Origin: a virus
Lineage: Duplodnaviria; Caudoviricetes
Virus record (IMG/VR): IMGVR_UViG_3300028534_000024
Coordinates: 9,350-73,349 of that record
Direction: 5' to 3' (one strand)
DNA: 64,000 nt
A program made the position numbers and the translations under genes. Each line of letters opens with the position of its first letter. The stretch's first letter is position 1. Below, in pieces: positions 28,792-39,364 of this stretch. The notes below the pieces were generated by a model that was not told the DNA's origin, ran no database searches, and saw only the letters and a program-made list of their open reading frames with translations.

Positions 28792-31023
28792 TCAGACTGA
28801 ACATCCACCACCAACACATCCTTGTTCACTTGTGTCGTCGGCATCTTCTACTTTTGTATTCTGATAATATCTTGCTTTAGCACCATAGTATTTAGCGAAG
28901 AATAAATCTGATATAATATTAGATGCATATACTTTACCATTATTATCTGGTGTATAGAAAGTATTCATAGATATTCCTTTATCTATCCACTTTTGCGTTA
29001 TTGCTACATGTTTAATGAAATCTTTATTTATATCTCTATCATAAGCAAAGTCATAATATTGAGCCAGTTCAAGTGCTTTAGGTGCATACTGTTTTAAATT
29101 AACTCCTGATTTATCTTTAATTGTGAGCAAATCTTTAATAGGTTCTAATGAGGTTGTTTGATTAGATGGTACGGATGAACTTTCCGATGGTGGAATACAA
29201 GATAGTCCACAGTTAGCTGCTCCGTGTTTTATTAATTCCCCTCTTAAATATTCCCAATCTAAATCATATGCTCTATTTACTAATTCATCTACTGTTTTCT
29301 TATATCTATCAATAGGTAAGAACTTGTCAATATCTACCTTGCTCCTAAATAAAGGAGCTTCCCCTACTTCTTTTGCTAATTTAATAGATGCATTTATTAA
29401 CCCATAAGCAAAATGTTCCATATACTGATCGTGTAGTTCTAATCCTTTTGTATGTCCATACCTAACTTTATTTTTAGCTAAGAAATATGCATGATTAGAT
29501 ATACCAATTCCTATATCTCTATATTGTTGTACAAAAGCATTTGCTTGAGGCATTGGATGGTTTTGTTTAACAGCTAAATGTGTCTGTAATCTAACCATTA
29601 GTTCAGTCATTAATGGTAGCTCTTCTAATGAAACCTCTCCTTGATTAATATTACCTAAAACACATACACCTATATCTGGACTATTTGGGCTATTTGGATC
29701 TAATGGTTTTGTAGGGTGGAAGACCTCTTGACATATATTACTTTGTGGTATAGCTTCCTTATAAGTAGTGTTATAATTAGCTTCATCAATATTTACTAAA
29801 TAATATGCAGATGTTTCTGTTCCTTCAGTCGCAAATAATTTAAAAAAGTGTCTTGCATCTACTTCATCTTTTGCTAAACCTTTTTGCTCACATTCTTCGT
29901 AGTATCTTATAAACTCTTCTTGATCCTTGGCATAAAATAACTCATTAAGTTTTGGACAATCTCTTTTAGAGAATAATGATAATTTTTTTCCTTGTTTAGC
30001 TCTATCATATACAAATTGATTAACCTTTATACCATAAGATAAGTCATTAATTCTGTCCTCAGCAGGCATTCTTGGAGATTTAAGTGCCATAATAGATAAT
30101 AGTTCAGGATCATAAAAATTAATAAAAGGTGTAGCACTTCCTCTTCTACCGTTTTGAGAACATTTTCCTATTGTAGTATCTATAGATTTAACAATAGGTA
30201 ATTTACCTGAATGAGTAATTAATCCATTTTTGACTTTATCTCCTACTGATGCAACATCAGCTATATCTACACCACACCCTGCAGATTCAACTGTATGAAG
30301 TACCAACGCCTTATCTACTTCGTGCCACGATGGTATATTATCACCTAATCTTAAAAGAATACAAGACGCATAAGCTGTAGAGTTTGTTCTTAATGCTCTC
30401 ATCTCAGGCGATGGAAGAGTAACCTTAAATGTAGATAAGGCTTCATAAAGTGTTTCAATCCAAAACATTCTATTCATATGATAGTCTTTAAATGCATCCA
30501 TAGCAATTAACATATAAATAAATTGTGGTGTTTCTGTTGGTTTCATATCTTTTATTATTCCATAATTTTCACATACATATTGAATACCTGAGTATGTAAA
30601 ATTAAAATCTCTACTATGTTGTATTTTAGAATTAAGTTTATCTAATTCCTCATCACTAAAGAAAGCCTTAACAAAGGAGTAACTTATTTCTTTATTTTCT
30701 TGTAGCTCTATAAACTCTTTAATATGCGGAGGTTCAATACTATTAAAAATATTTTTATATAGTTTTTGGATGTATAGGTTTTTAGCTACTGCGTCATACC
30801 CAATATTTTTCAATGATGACATATCATTGCATGTCTTAATAAATGTATCATGAATAAAATCAGTAGAAATACCATCGAATAGGTGTAATTTGGCCCTCAT
30901 CATAATATCTGATACTGATACATTTGGAATACCCTCTGTTGCCCATTGAAGCGATTTAATTGCTTTATCTAAATCTAATGGCTCTAATGTACCATCTCGT
31001 TTCCTTACTTTATAGTTCTGCAT
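28792..31023 (-). CDS. nrdA: Ribonucleotide reductase class Ia alpha subunit
   Basis: ATP-cone 'VRKRDGTLE', 'ASCIL', 'QNGRRG', 'SNICQE', 'CVLG', 'PPSESSS', 'SMNTFY'. Confidence 0.96.
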   Translation of the reverse strand: MQNYKVRKRDGTLEPLDLDKAIKSLQWATEGIPNVSVSDIMMRAKLHLFDGISTDFIHDTFIKTCNDMSSLKNIGYDAVAKNLYIQKLYKNIFNSIEPPHIKEFIELQENKEISYSFVKAFFSDEELDKLNSKIQHSRDFNFTYSGIQYVCENYGIIKDMKPTETPQFIYMLIAMDAFKDYHMNRMFWIETLYEALSTFKVTLPSPEMRALRTNSTAYASCILLRLGDNIPSWHEVDKALVLHTVESAGCGVDIADVASVGDKVKNGLITHSGKLPIVKSIDTTIGKCSQNGRRGSATPFINFYDPELLSIMALKSPRMPAEDRINDLSYGIKVNQFVYDRAKQGKKLSLFSKRDCPKLNELFYAKDQEEFIRYYEECEQKGLAKDEVDARHFFKLFATEGTETSAYYLVNIDEANYNTTYKEAIPQSNICQEVFHPTKPLDPNSPNSPDIGVCVLGNINQGEVSLEELPLMTELMVRLQTHLAVKQNHPMPQANAFVQQYRDIGIGISNHAYFLAKNKVRYGHTKGLELHDQYMEHFAYGLINASIKLAKEVGEAPLFRSKVDIDKFLPIDRYKKTVDELVNRAYDLDWEYLRGELIKHGAANCGLSCIPPSESSSVPSNQTTSLEPIKDLLTIKDKSGVNLKQYAPKALELAQYYDFAYDRDINKDFIKHVAITQKWIDKGISMNTFYTPDNNGKVYASNIISDLFFAKYYGAKARYYQNTKVEDADDTSEQGCVGGGCSV

Positions 31024-31039
31024 TCGTATCCTTTCTTTG

Positions 31040-31915
31040 CTATTTAAGTTCTTTTATAAAATCAATATTAAGATAAATCTGTTCAAGCGTTTCCTGTGTA
31101 AACTTAGGGGATTTATCTTGTTTAGTTAATACAAGTGTTCTATCATCACACACTTGTAAAATATCAGTTAAATTATCTACACTCTCTGCTTTAAATGTTG
31201 GTACAAGTCTTATATAATTAAAATTATGTTTCTCTAATTGTAGATCCAATAAGAACCATCTTTTAGAAAATATAATATCATCTATATACATATCTGATAT
31301 GTATATTAAATCATCTTTTAAATACCCAGTTAGCCAACTATTTAATGGTATCTCTAGTTGTTGTAGTTCATCCTCAATGTGTTCTTTGATGTGTATTCTC
31401 TTACCTTCTAATGTTGTCACTATTGTCAATCCGAAGTCATTATATATATTAATTCTTTGTGTATTTGATGGAAGTAATTGTACATAACAAGGGAATGATG
31501 GAAACCCATAATCTATTGGGTACTCATTCCTTATAGTAAAGGATTTATAGTCTAAGAAATAAATATCTTTAATAGTTATCAGTAGTGATCTGTTAAGAAT
31601 AACTGAGTAAGCCTTCTGAGATGGACTATCAAGACTCCTCACGTAACTTAGAAGCTCATCTTCATAGGTTTTATCTACTTCAAATTTAAATAGCTTTCTT
31701 CTAAACATAGGAAAAGTATCAATGGTTGGTATAGTAGGCTCTGACTTAAGGATTACATTGAATCTTTCTGATAACTTAAATCTATACTCAGGAGATGTTG
31801 CTAATATTAATAACTGTACAAATAATGTGTCATTTTTATTCTTTTGTATGAATTTTATTTGTTTGTTTTTTGTATCCAATTCTGATAATTTTAATAATTT
31901 TATATGTGGTTGCAT
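31040..31915 (-). CDS. Hypothetical protein, possibly a catalytically dead DNA-ligase-like fold
   Basis: Helical N-terminus like phage ligase DNA-binding domains; 'FPCYVQLLPS' lacks KxDG. Confidence 0.35.
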   Translation of the reverse strand: MQPHIKLLKLSELDTKNKQIKFIQKNKNDTLFVQLLILATSPEYRFKLSERFNVILKSEPTIPTIDTFPMFRRKLFKFEVDKTYEDELLSYVRSLDSPSQKAYSVILNRSLLITIKDIYFLDYKSFTIRNEYPIDYGFPSFPCYVQLLPSNTQRINIYNDFGLTIVTTLEGKRIHIKEHIEDELQQLEIPLNSWLTGYLKDDLIYISDMYIDDIIFSKRWFLLDLQLEKHNFNYIRLVPTFKAESVDNLTDILQVCDDRTLVLTKQDKSPKFTQETLEQIYLNIDFIKELK

Positions 31916-31935
31916 TTATCCTCCTATTGATATAT

Positions 31936-33240
31936 TTATGGTACCTTCTCTACATTATCAAGTTCCTCTAGAATATCACTTATTTTACTTGATTTATAAT
32001 TACCCCATTTAGGTATATAATTAATAAATAAAGGTTCTGGCTTATTATCAAACTTAGTTTTTAATCTACCTACTAATTGATCCACATTCTCTTTAGAACC
32101 TAAAGCCATCATATTAATTACTAATGATAGCCTTGGGATTGATACACCTTTTAACATTACATTAAGTCCTGTAAATATTTGTATTTTGCCATCTTTTACT
32201 TTTTGGATATTCTCGTCTTGTACCTTTTTATTCCTTGCTTCACTATTAAAAACGCAAGTAGTGTAGCCTAATGTTTCAAATAAATTAGCATAATGGTTCT
32301 GTACTTTCTGCGATGGTGTAGCTAACATAATAGTTCTATCAGAATACTTTGATACTAAATTAATTATGTCATTGACAACTTCTTTCTGTAGAAAATACTT
32401 ATTATAACTAGCTGATGGATTAAAAGTACTAGGTTTATAACTTAAAGGAGCTTGATGATTATACCACTTAACTGTCATATCATTTGGATTATATCCTACT
32501 ACCTTAATTTCTCCGAATAAATCAAATAATACATTTGTTAGACCATCTGATGATCTACTAGGAGTTGCTGTTAATCCTAGCCTATACCTTGATGGAAAAG
32601 ATTGAATAATTCTCTTATATGTATTAGCAGCTGATACATGAAGCTCATCTACAATAACTAATCCATACTTTAACTTGATTTGTTTTGTAATATCGGGATT
32701 TTTATTTAAAAACTGAAAGGTTGTGATTGTTATATCATAATCATTTAAATCCTTATCTAGTATTCCTATATTTGCATTTGTAAATGTTTTAATATCTGAT
32801 ATAAATTGATTAACAAGCAAAGTTTTATCGACTAATATAAGCGTTTTTTGTTTTAATTTTTGTATAACAGCTGTGGCACATATACTTTTACCAAATCTAG
32901 TCTTAGCTTGTGCAAGACAGTTAATATCATTTTTAAATACATCTAAAATTAAGTTTACAAAAGGAACTTGATAGTCATATAAAGCAATCCCATTATTGAA
33001 ATTAAATGATGTACTTTCGTTTGTTATTAGATTATACTTTAAGGATATATTTGGAAATATGCTTTTAAATTTATCAATGTTTCTAGGAAACCAATATTCA
33101 TTATTTGTAGTATAATAATTATGTACTACCTCCTCACCATCATAGGTTATTTTATTGTACATATAGTGTTTAAGGTGGGTATTAGATACATATTTTTTAG
33201 GTATCTTAATGGTACCACCGACTACTGCTTCATGTTTCAT
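31936..33240 (-). CDS. Superfamily 2 DNA helicase
   Basis: 'AKTRFGKS', 'VDELH', 'GLTATP', 'QLVGR'. Confidence 0.9.
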   Translation of the reverse strand: MKHEAVVGGTIKIPKKYVSNTHLKHYMYNKITYDGEEVVHNYYTTNNEYWFPRNIDKFKSIFPNISLKYNLITNESTSFNFNNGIALYDYQVPFVNLILDVFKNDINCLAQAKTRFGKSICATAVIQKLKQKTLILVDKTLLVNQFISDIKTFTNANIGILDKDLNDYDITITTFQFLNKNPDITKQIKLKYGLVIVDELHVSAANTYKRIIQSFPSRYRLGLTATPSRSSDGLTNVLFDLFGEIKVVGYNPNDMTVKWYNHQAPLSYKPSTFNPSASYNKYFLQKEVVNDIINLVSKYSDRTIMLATPSQKVQNHYANLFETLGYTTCVFNSEARNKKVQDENIQKVKDGKIQIFTGLNVMLKGVSIPRLSLVINMMALGSKENVDQLVGRLKTKFDNKPEPLFINYIPKWGNYKSSKISDILEELDNVEKVP

Positions 33241-33826
33241 AAAGAATCCTTAAAATATCTTGGATTCCATCGTAAGAGGATGCTAAAAATAATCCATCAA
33301 TAGATTTAAATATTCTATTCCAGTTATACATATTTTCGTAGTTAAAAAGAATAGCTATTCCTCCATTAGCTACAAACATAAGACAACTTTCAAGTTTATC
33401 ATCGATAAGTATATTAGGTTTGCCATTATCATTTATTGCAAAGTCATATTTATAATATGTATGGATAACATTTGAAATACCATAATATTTATAAATATGT
33501 TGATCCTTGAATGTTTTTGTTTTTTCGTCTTTAGTCGATGTCAAGATGGTCGTATTGTACAACCTAGAAACCTCATCAAAGAAGTCTATCGAACCTTGAA
33601 TAGGTTTTACTTCGTAGTTACCTGAAGTATAAGGTAAATTTTTCTTAAAGTATTCAGTTACCTCATATTGAGTATTAAGTTCTTGGAAAAACTCCCATCT
33701 ATTTATATCCTCAAACTTATAATTAGTATTATATGTACCATTAACCCATTTTATCCACTTAAAAGGTAAATCATTGAGGGTAGCATCATAATCAATGTAT
33801 AAGTTCATATCTTTATTGTTCTTCAT
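33230..33826 (-). CDS. 5'(3')-deoxyribonucleotidase (HAD family)
   Basis: 'YIDYDATL', 'ILTS', 'ILIDDK'. Confidence 0.8.
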   Translation of the reverse strand: MKNNKDMNLYIDYDATLNDLPFKWIKWVNGTYNTNYKFEDINRWEFFQELNTQYEVTEYFKKNLPYTSGNYEVKPIQGSIDFFDEVSRLYNTTILTSTKDEKTKTFKDQHIYKYYGISNVIHTYYKYDFAINDNGKPNILIDDKLESCLMFVANGGIAILFNYENMYNWNRIFKSIDGLFLASSYDGIQDILRILYET

Positions 33827-33836
33827 TTATTTCCTT

Positions 33837-34172
33837 TTATTTCAAACTTAGGAGTTGTATCATAAATACATCTATGTTTCCTAAAAGTTGCCATTTTATA
33901 TTTTTATTGTTAGCTCTAGGATGATGATAGTATAATCTATGAATATAAGTACAAACTAAATCGTACCTCTTAATAGATAAATAGTAGGAGATAGATAAAA
34001 TCAAATCATCCATATATTGATATGTACTATTTGATTCATCTTTATTTTTACATTTAAGTAAATCATATATTCTACCAATTAAATCATATTTTAAATCATA
34101 ATCTTTTATATCCATAAGTATGTCTGCATAAATTGATAGCCGTACCTGTTTAGTTTTACTTAAATTATCCAT
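33837..34172 (-). CDS. Hypothetical protein
   Basis: ORF with RBS in operon. Confidence 0.5.
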   Translation of the reverse strand: MDNLSKTKQVRLSIYADILMDIKDYDLKYDLIGRIYDLLKCKNKDESNSTYQYMDDLILSISYYLSIKRYDLVCTYIHRLYYHHPRANNKNIKWQLLGNIDVFMIQLLSLK

Positions 34173-34197
34173 CTCTATCCTTTTTGTATTAAGAAAG

Positions 34198-34560
34198 TTA
34201 GCTACTTTTAGGTATGTCTGGGTTATACATATCTAAAAAGTTAAATGTTTCATCACCTTTATGTGGATATAGGTTATTTTGACGATATTGAGATGTTCTT
34301 AAAATAGATATTAAAAGATCGTCTTCTATTGTATTTAAACTCCCTCCTCTATATCTAGCTATTAAATCATTGGTAAAATTGAAAATAAGTATATTATTTA
34401 TCATAGTATTCTTACTATTTTCAGTTAAAGTGTTAAATACCTCATCTTCTTTACTTAAAAGTTTATATGCTAATTTAAATAACATATCATAGTTGATTTT
34501 ATTTTCTAGTTCTGGGCATCTTAATCTAACATTACTCTTAAAATTTTTATAATCTAACAT
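34198..34560 (-). CDS. Hypothetical protein
   Basis: ORF with RBS; upstream TGATATAAT -10. Confidence 0.5.
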   Translation of the reverse strand: MLDYKNFKSNVRLRCPELENKINYDMLFKLAYKLLSKEDEVFNTLTENSKNTMINNILIFNFTNDLIARYRGGSLNTIEDDLLISILRTSQYRQNNLYPHKGDETFNFLDMYNPDIPKSS

Positions 34561-34619
34561 TTTTTTCCTTTTATATTATGTGTATTATATCATATAATTA
34601 CTTATAAGTTACTTAGTTG

Positions 34620-35102
34620 CTATCTTGTAATTTGTAGAAAATCATCTATTAGGTCTGATGCTAATGGATAATTTCTTTTAAATAAAGAAGTAGCATATAT
34701 ATCTGAACATATTATTGTAGTATTACCATTTGCTTTATTTAATTTAATGAGGTTTGATAATACTTTATCTGAATAATTTGTAGAGTTAGCTAATTCTTCA
34801 CCTACATCATAAATATACAATACATTACTTTTAACTGTACCATTTCCACCATCAAAGACAGCCGAGAAGTATTTAGGATAGTCAATACCATATATATCAC
34901 TAGGGCTTTTTGTTTCATCCTCTATAAGCCTATCTAAAATGGCCCCTTTATCTCCATGTAGAAACACTGTCTTATTTCCTTCACTCAATTCTATAGCCAA
35001 CCTATTAAATTTAGCTGGAGAATATAAATGTAAATCCTCCCATTTAGTATCTATAAGCGTCAATGGGATATTTTTTAATTGTAGTACTTGTTTATTATCC
35101 AT
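34620..35102 (-). CDS. Degenerate DnaC/IstB-like ATPase (putative helicase loader)
   Basis: 'VFLHGDKG' eroded Walker A; 'LYIYDVGEE' Walker-B-like; 'TTIICSD'. Confidence 0.45.
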   Translation of the reverse strand: MDNKQVLQLKNIPLTLIDTKWEDLHLYSPAKFNRLAIELSEGNKTVFLHGDKGAILDRLIEDETKSPSDIYGIDYPKYFSAVFDGGNGTVKSNVLYIYDVGEELANSTNYSDKVLSNLIKLNKANGNTTIICSDIYATSLFKRNYPLASDLIDDFLQITR

Positions 35103-35154
35103 TTTCTTCCTTGTATTTATATATTCTATTATATAGGTATAATATCATGAATCT

Positions 35155-35448
35155 CTATATAAATAAACCTATATAGTTATCTTATAAAGTAAGGACTATC
35201 GTCCTATATATTGGGAACCTTTCGGTTCAGACTGATATTATACCATAAAAGTTATGTTTTGTCAAGTCTTTTTTGAAATTTATATAATATTTTTCAGGAA
35301 ACTTTTGTAGCAAAAGAAAATTGAAATTAATTTATATTACTATATAAAGTTTCCTGACAAGATACACCATTTAAAGCAACAGAATGGTACTTTAAAAGGC
35401 TTTTCTTTTAGTTTAGGTATCGTAGGTTATCTAAGATGTAAAACCTTT
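35155..35448 (-). repeat. Repeat family A, copy 2 (-35 at 35260-65, -10 at 35237-42)
   Basis: 294 bp with 7 substitutions versus copy 1 by manual alignment. Confidence 0.97.
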
Positions 35449-35457
35449 TAAATCATC

Positions 35458-35676
35458 TTATACTTCAATATAATATACTTCATCTTTTATTAACTTTTTA
35501 AAATCTTCATATTCATCATAGGTATCATCCATTTGCTCTAACAGATATCCTAAGTTATATCGAGCTGTACCATCTAAGTCATTTACCATTATAGGCGATG
35601 TATTCCGTAGTAAATCTAGTGCTTTCCTAGATAATACTTGATTAATTACTGCTAGTTTTACTATTATGTATTTCAT
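35458..35676 (-). CDS. Hypothetical protein
   Basis: Start coupled to polymerase stop (TAATG). Confidence 0.55.
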   Translation of the reverse strand: MKYIIVKLAVINQVLSRKALDLLRNTSPIMVNDLDGTARYNLGYLLEQMDDTYDEYEDFKKLIKDEVYYIEV

Positions 35677-36582
35677 TATTTATCCTTTTTAAAGTCTTCT
35701 TCTAATTTATTTAAGAAATCTTTTATTTCACCCAAACTTGCATTATTTGCTAAAGTTTCTTGTTGTTTCCATGAAAAACCAAAATCAAGTTCAGCTTTAT
35801 TATGTACTAATTGATCTTCTTTATAGTCTTTTATCATTTCTGATATAACTATTTCGTTAGCTTTTTGTACTATTATAGGATCGTTCTTAACTTGAAGATA
35901 TACAGCATCGTGTATAGTTAAGAATATATACATATTATCCTCTAAGTTTTCATCTTCAATTCTTTTTTGAATCCTATTAATAGCTTTCATCATAAGTTGT
36001 CCTGATAATCCTTGAATTAATGCATTACAATAAGATCTTTCAGCTTTTTCTACTGATATCTGTTCCTCACCTAGTAATTCATGACATCTTATTATTAATC
36101 CATGAGGTGTTCTTCCTACTCCTTTATTATCTCTAGCTTCTTTCAGATACTTGTCATAGTATTTTTGTACACCACTATAAAGTTTGTGGTAATTATCTAC
36201 AATAATCTTAGCCTCATCTAAAGAAATATTTAAAGAATTTGCTACAGAATGTTCAGTTGCTCCGTAAGCAAGTCCAAAAGTTACGGCTTTAGACAACTGT
36301 CTTAAATCTGGAGCTTCTTCTTTAATTATAAAGGATTCCTCAACTGTTATAGTATTACCGTAAGGTAATCCTCTTTCCTTTAATTCATCAGCAAAGTAGC
36401 TGGCTGTATTAAAAGAATGCGAGTCATGTCCTTCAAGGATTACTTTACATTTTGCATCATCTCTTGTTTCTTCCGCACCTACTCTATCCTCCAAAGCATT
36501 AAAATCAGCTCCCGCAAATAGGTAATTATCTTCAGCAATACAAACGTTTTTAATAAGTTTAGCATAGGTTGAACCTGAAGGC
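35676..36582 (-). CDS. Family A DNA polymerase, exon 2
   Basis: Frame reads PSGSTYAKLIK...GADFNALEDRV (motif A), 'RQLSKAVTFGLAYG' (motif B), 'TIHDAV' (motif C). Confidence 0.92.
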
Positions 36583-37453
36583 CAGGGTGTTATACAAGCG
36601 TGTAGTGATATAACAACCTATACTATATTATAAGGTCTATCTATTACTTTATATTTATCTAAAAGATAATTAACATGTAATGCTGCCTCTTTTTCGGTAT
36701 TAAACCGTTTCTGTCCTATAGTTTTATTATTGAGTCTTAGTGATCCTATCCATTTCTGTCTACTCTTATCATAGCTAACATTATGATAGTTTGAGGATTT
36801 ACCAATCTTTAATCCCAAAGTAGGTAAATTATACTCCTTAAGTCCTGTTGTTAAGGCATGTATTTTATTTTCACTGGATGTACACCATTCTAAATTATCT
36901 AGTCTATTATTTAATTTATTCCCATCTTTATGATTGACTTCTAATTGTTCACTATTATCTACTGGATTAAATGTTAACATAACTAATCTATGAACTAAAT
37001 AATTTTTATTCCTAATTGAGACATCTAAATAACCACTATTTAATAAATGTGGTCGTAGGTACGGTACTTGTATCCCTTTAATTCTACCATAAGTTGATAT
37101 TAAATATCTAGTATCAATAGGGCATTCTTTCCATTGTTCAATAATATCCTCCTTTAATTTTTATTTAATTGCTTGTATCACTCACAGTCTCCTATGAGAT
37201 CGGACTATATCTTCACCCTTAAATAAGGGGATCACCACTTCGACGTCACTACTCGTCTACTCCTAAAAGGATAGTCTCTGAACCTTTACCTTATCTCGCA
37301 CTTAGGTACTTGGCTGCTGATTGTCTCTATTATATGTATTTTTAGGGGCCGTTAAGTCATTTCTGCTTAATATCCTAACATATACCTAACAAGATGTTCC
37401 AGCAATTCGATGATTTTACTATATCATATTGCTATGATATGACCCACCATTCT
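36583..37453 (-). ncRNA. Group I intron (IA2-like) in DNA polymerase gene
   Basis: P AAUUGCUGGAA, Q AAUCAGCAG, R GUUCAGAGACUA, S AAGAUAUAGUCC; P1 ACCU/GGGU; junction CT|G restores NLQNL-PSGS; terminal G. Confidence 0.93.
36618..37142 (-). CDS. Intron-encoded HNH homing endonuclease (NUMOD4-like + HNH + AP2-like), probable ATT start
   Basis: Frame open to ATT at 37142, 5 nt after AAGGAGG; 'EQWKE...YLISTYGRI', 'VHRLV', 'VNHKDGNKLNNRLDNLEWCT', 'SSNYHNVSY...WIG'. Confidence 0.85.
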   Translation of the reverse strand: MEQWKECPIDTRYLISTYGRIKGIQVPYLRPHLLNSGYLDVSIRNKNYLVHRLVMLTFNPVDNSEQLEVNHKDGNKLNNRLDNLEWCTSSENKIHALTTGLKEYNLPTLGLKIGKSSNYHNVSYDKSRQKWIGSLRLNNKTIGQKRFNTEKEAALHVNYLLDKYKVIDRPYNIV

Positions 37454-39114
37454 AGGTTTTGTAAGTTTGGATTTGAACTACTAAGTCTTCCAGACACTGT
37501 ACCATGAAGTTTAAAGTCTCCATGTACTCTATATATGCCTTTATCATCTTGAACAGAAAGTTCATCAAATGCTTTTAAGAATGTACCTGCTACTTTAGAC
37601 GCATCAGTTATATCTTGAAGTAGTTTTAATATTCTTAATTTATGTTCGTCTTGTTCCTGTTCCCTATATTGTTTCATGACATCTTTACCTACTGATGGAT
37701 TACCAGTTTTCTTAGATGTTTCAAGAACAGGATAACCTAAAGTATCAATAAGAAGCATCACTTTATGGTTCGTAGAGTTAGGATTAAATTCTACATCAAA
37801 ATCATCCACTGTTTTCTGTTTAACATGTGATGAGTTATATTTAAACATAGCATTATATTTTAAATCAGTTACTACTTCTTTAATCTCATCAAAACTTCTT
37901 AACTCTTCAAGTGACTTTTCTATCAGACTATTAAGTTCCTCTTGTGCTTCTGTAAGTTTCTCTTTATCAATTATAAGTCCTTGATACTTCATCTTAATAA
38001 GAGTCTTAAGGGATGGTTTATAATAATTAGTAAAGATATCTAATTGATCTTCCTCTATTATCTTCTTAGAATACTTATTATACGCTTCAAATGTACCTGT
38101 AACATCATACACATTATATGTACCAACATCTTTAAATGAATACTCTAATAACCTATCCTGTTTGATATTATTATCATATTCTCCATATATATCAAATAGT
38201 TCATCTTTAAGGCCTAAACTGACTCTTTGTAGCCCATTAACACAAAGGTATTTTAGGTGCATTACATCAGTGATATTCCAATTATTAACAATATCATTAA
38301 GTCTTTTTCGTTCATAAACAGAAACATCCATCAAATCCCTTAATATGAATGGAACATCAAATATAGCGTTATACCCTAATTGCTCGCCTTTATACATAAG
38401 ATAGAAATTATATAATTCTTCTCTGATCTCCTCATATTCTGATGAATATTCTGGACAAGTAGCAAAAGCATATCCTTTAGTTGTACTTGTAGCTAACGCA
38501 ACTGTGATAATCCTATCTCTTCCTAAAACTAAACCTGTTGTTTCGATATCCATAGCTAGTTTAGGTTCTTTAATAAGCCTATCAAGTACATCTCTTGTTT
38601 CTTCTAGATTATCTATAAGTTTTACATCAATCTTATCAAGGATATTGACTGTATCTTTATAAGTACCATTAAGTACACTATCTAAACATTCTACTGATTT
38701 ATTTAGCTCAGTTAATTTCTGAGGTTGTGAGAATAACATAAAGAAGTTAAGAACAGGTACTATCTTATATCCATCTAGTTCATTTATACCATCTAAAGCT
38801 TTTCCTAAAGATGCCATAAAGTGTTTTGATCCTGTTGCAAACTTAAAGAAATCTGGGTTGGTGGTTGCAATAGTAAGCACGCCATTATTCTCAGCTATCT
38901 CTTTCAATTCTTTAACATTTTCAGTATAGTGTACTTTTTTATGTTTTCCTGTTTTCGTGTCCAAGCTTAAAGCATAATATAAAACTGATTGTTTATTACT
39001 ATCAGAAAGTTTAGCCTGATAATTAATCATAAGTTTGGTAATATTTGAATGATTCATCAAATTAGGATTACCAACAATTATAACTTTTGGATTGTTTGAT
39101 TTATTAATTAACAT
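37454..39114 (-). CDS. Family A DNA polymerase, exon 1 (N-terminal extra domain + 3'-5' exonuclease)
   Basis: 'AMDIETTGL', 'YNAIFD', 'YNVYDVTGT', 'GTVSGRLSSSNPNLQNL'. Confidence 0.93.
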
Positions 39115-39364
39115 TTTTCTCCTTTTACTTTAGTGTTTCTTAGAATCAAAGTACCAATAATACTGTAATAATGTATTAGCAACAATAGCAATCAATGCTA
39201 TATGTTCGAATGTACCCCAATTCATTTATTAAACCACAATAGAATAATAAATGGAATTATGATACCAATAGTTAAATCTAATAGTATCTCCTTATGGTCT
39301 AGTTTATCTTTCTCATCTATCCACTCTATATACCTTAAAAATTCTTTCATATTATATCCTTTCT

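Noticed and set aside
35676-39114. Polymerase as two genes (37432..39114 ending EWWVIS, and GTG-start 35676..36494)
   Set aside because: The tail and the GTG start are artefacts of the group I intron; motif A lies upstream of the GTG
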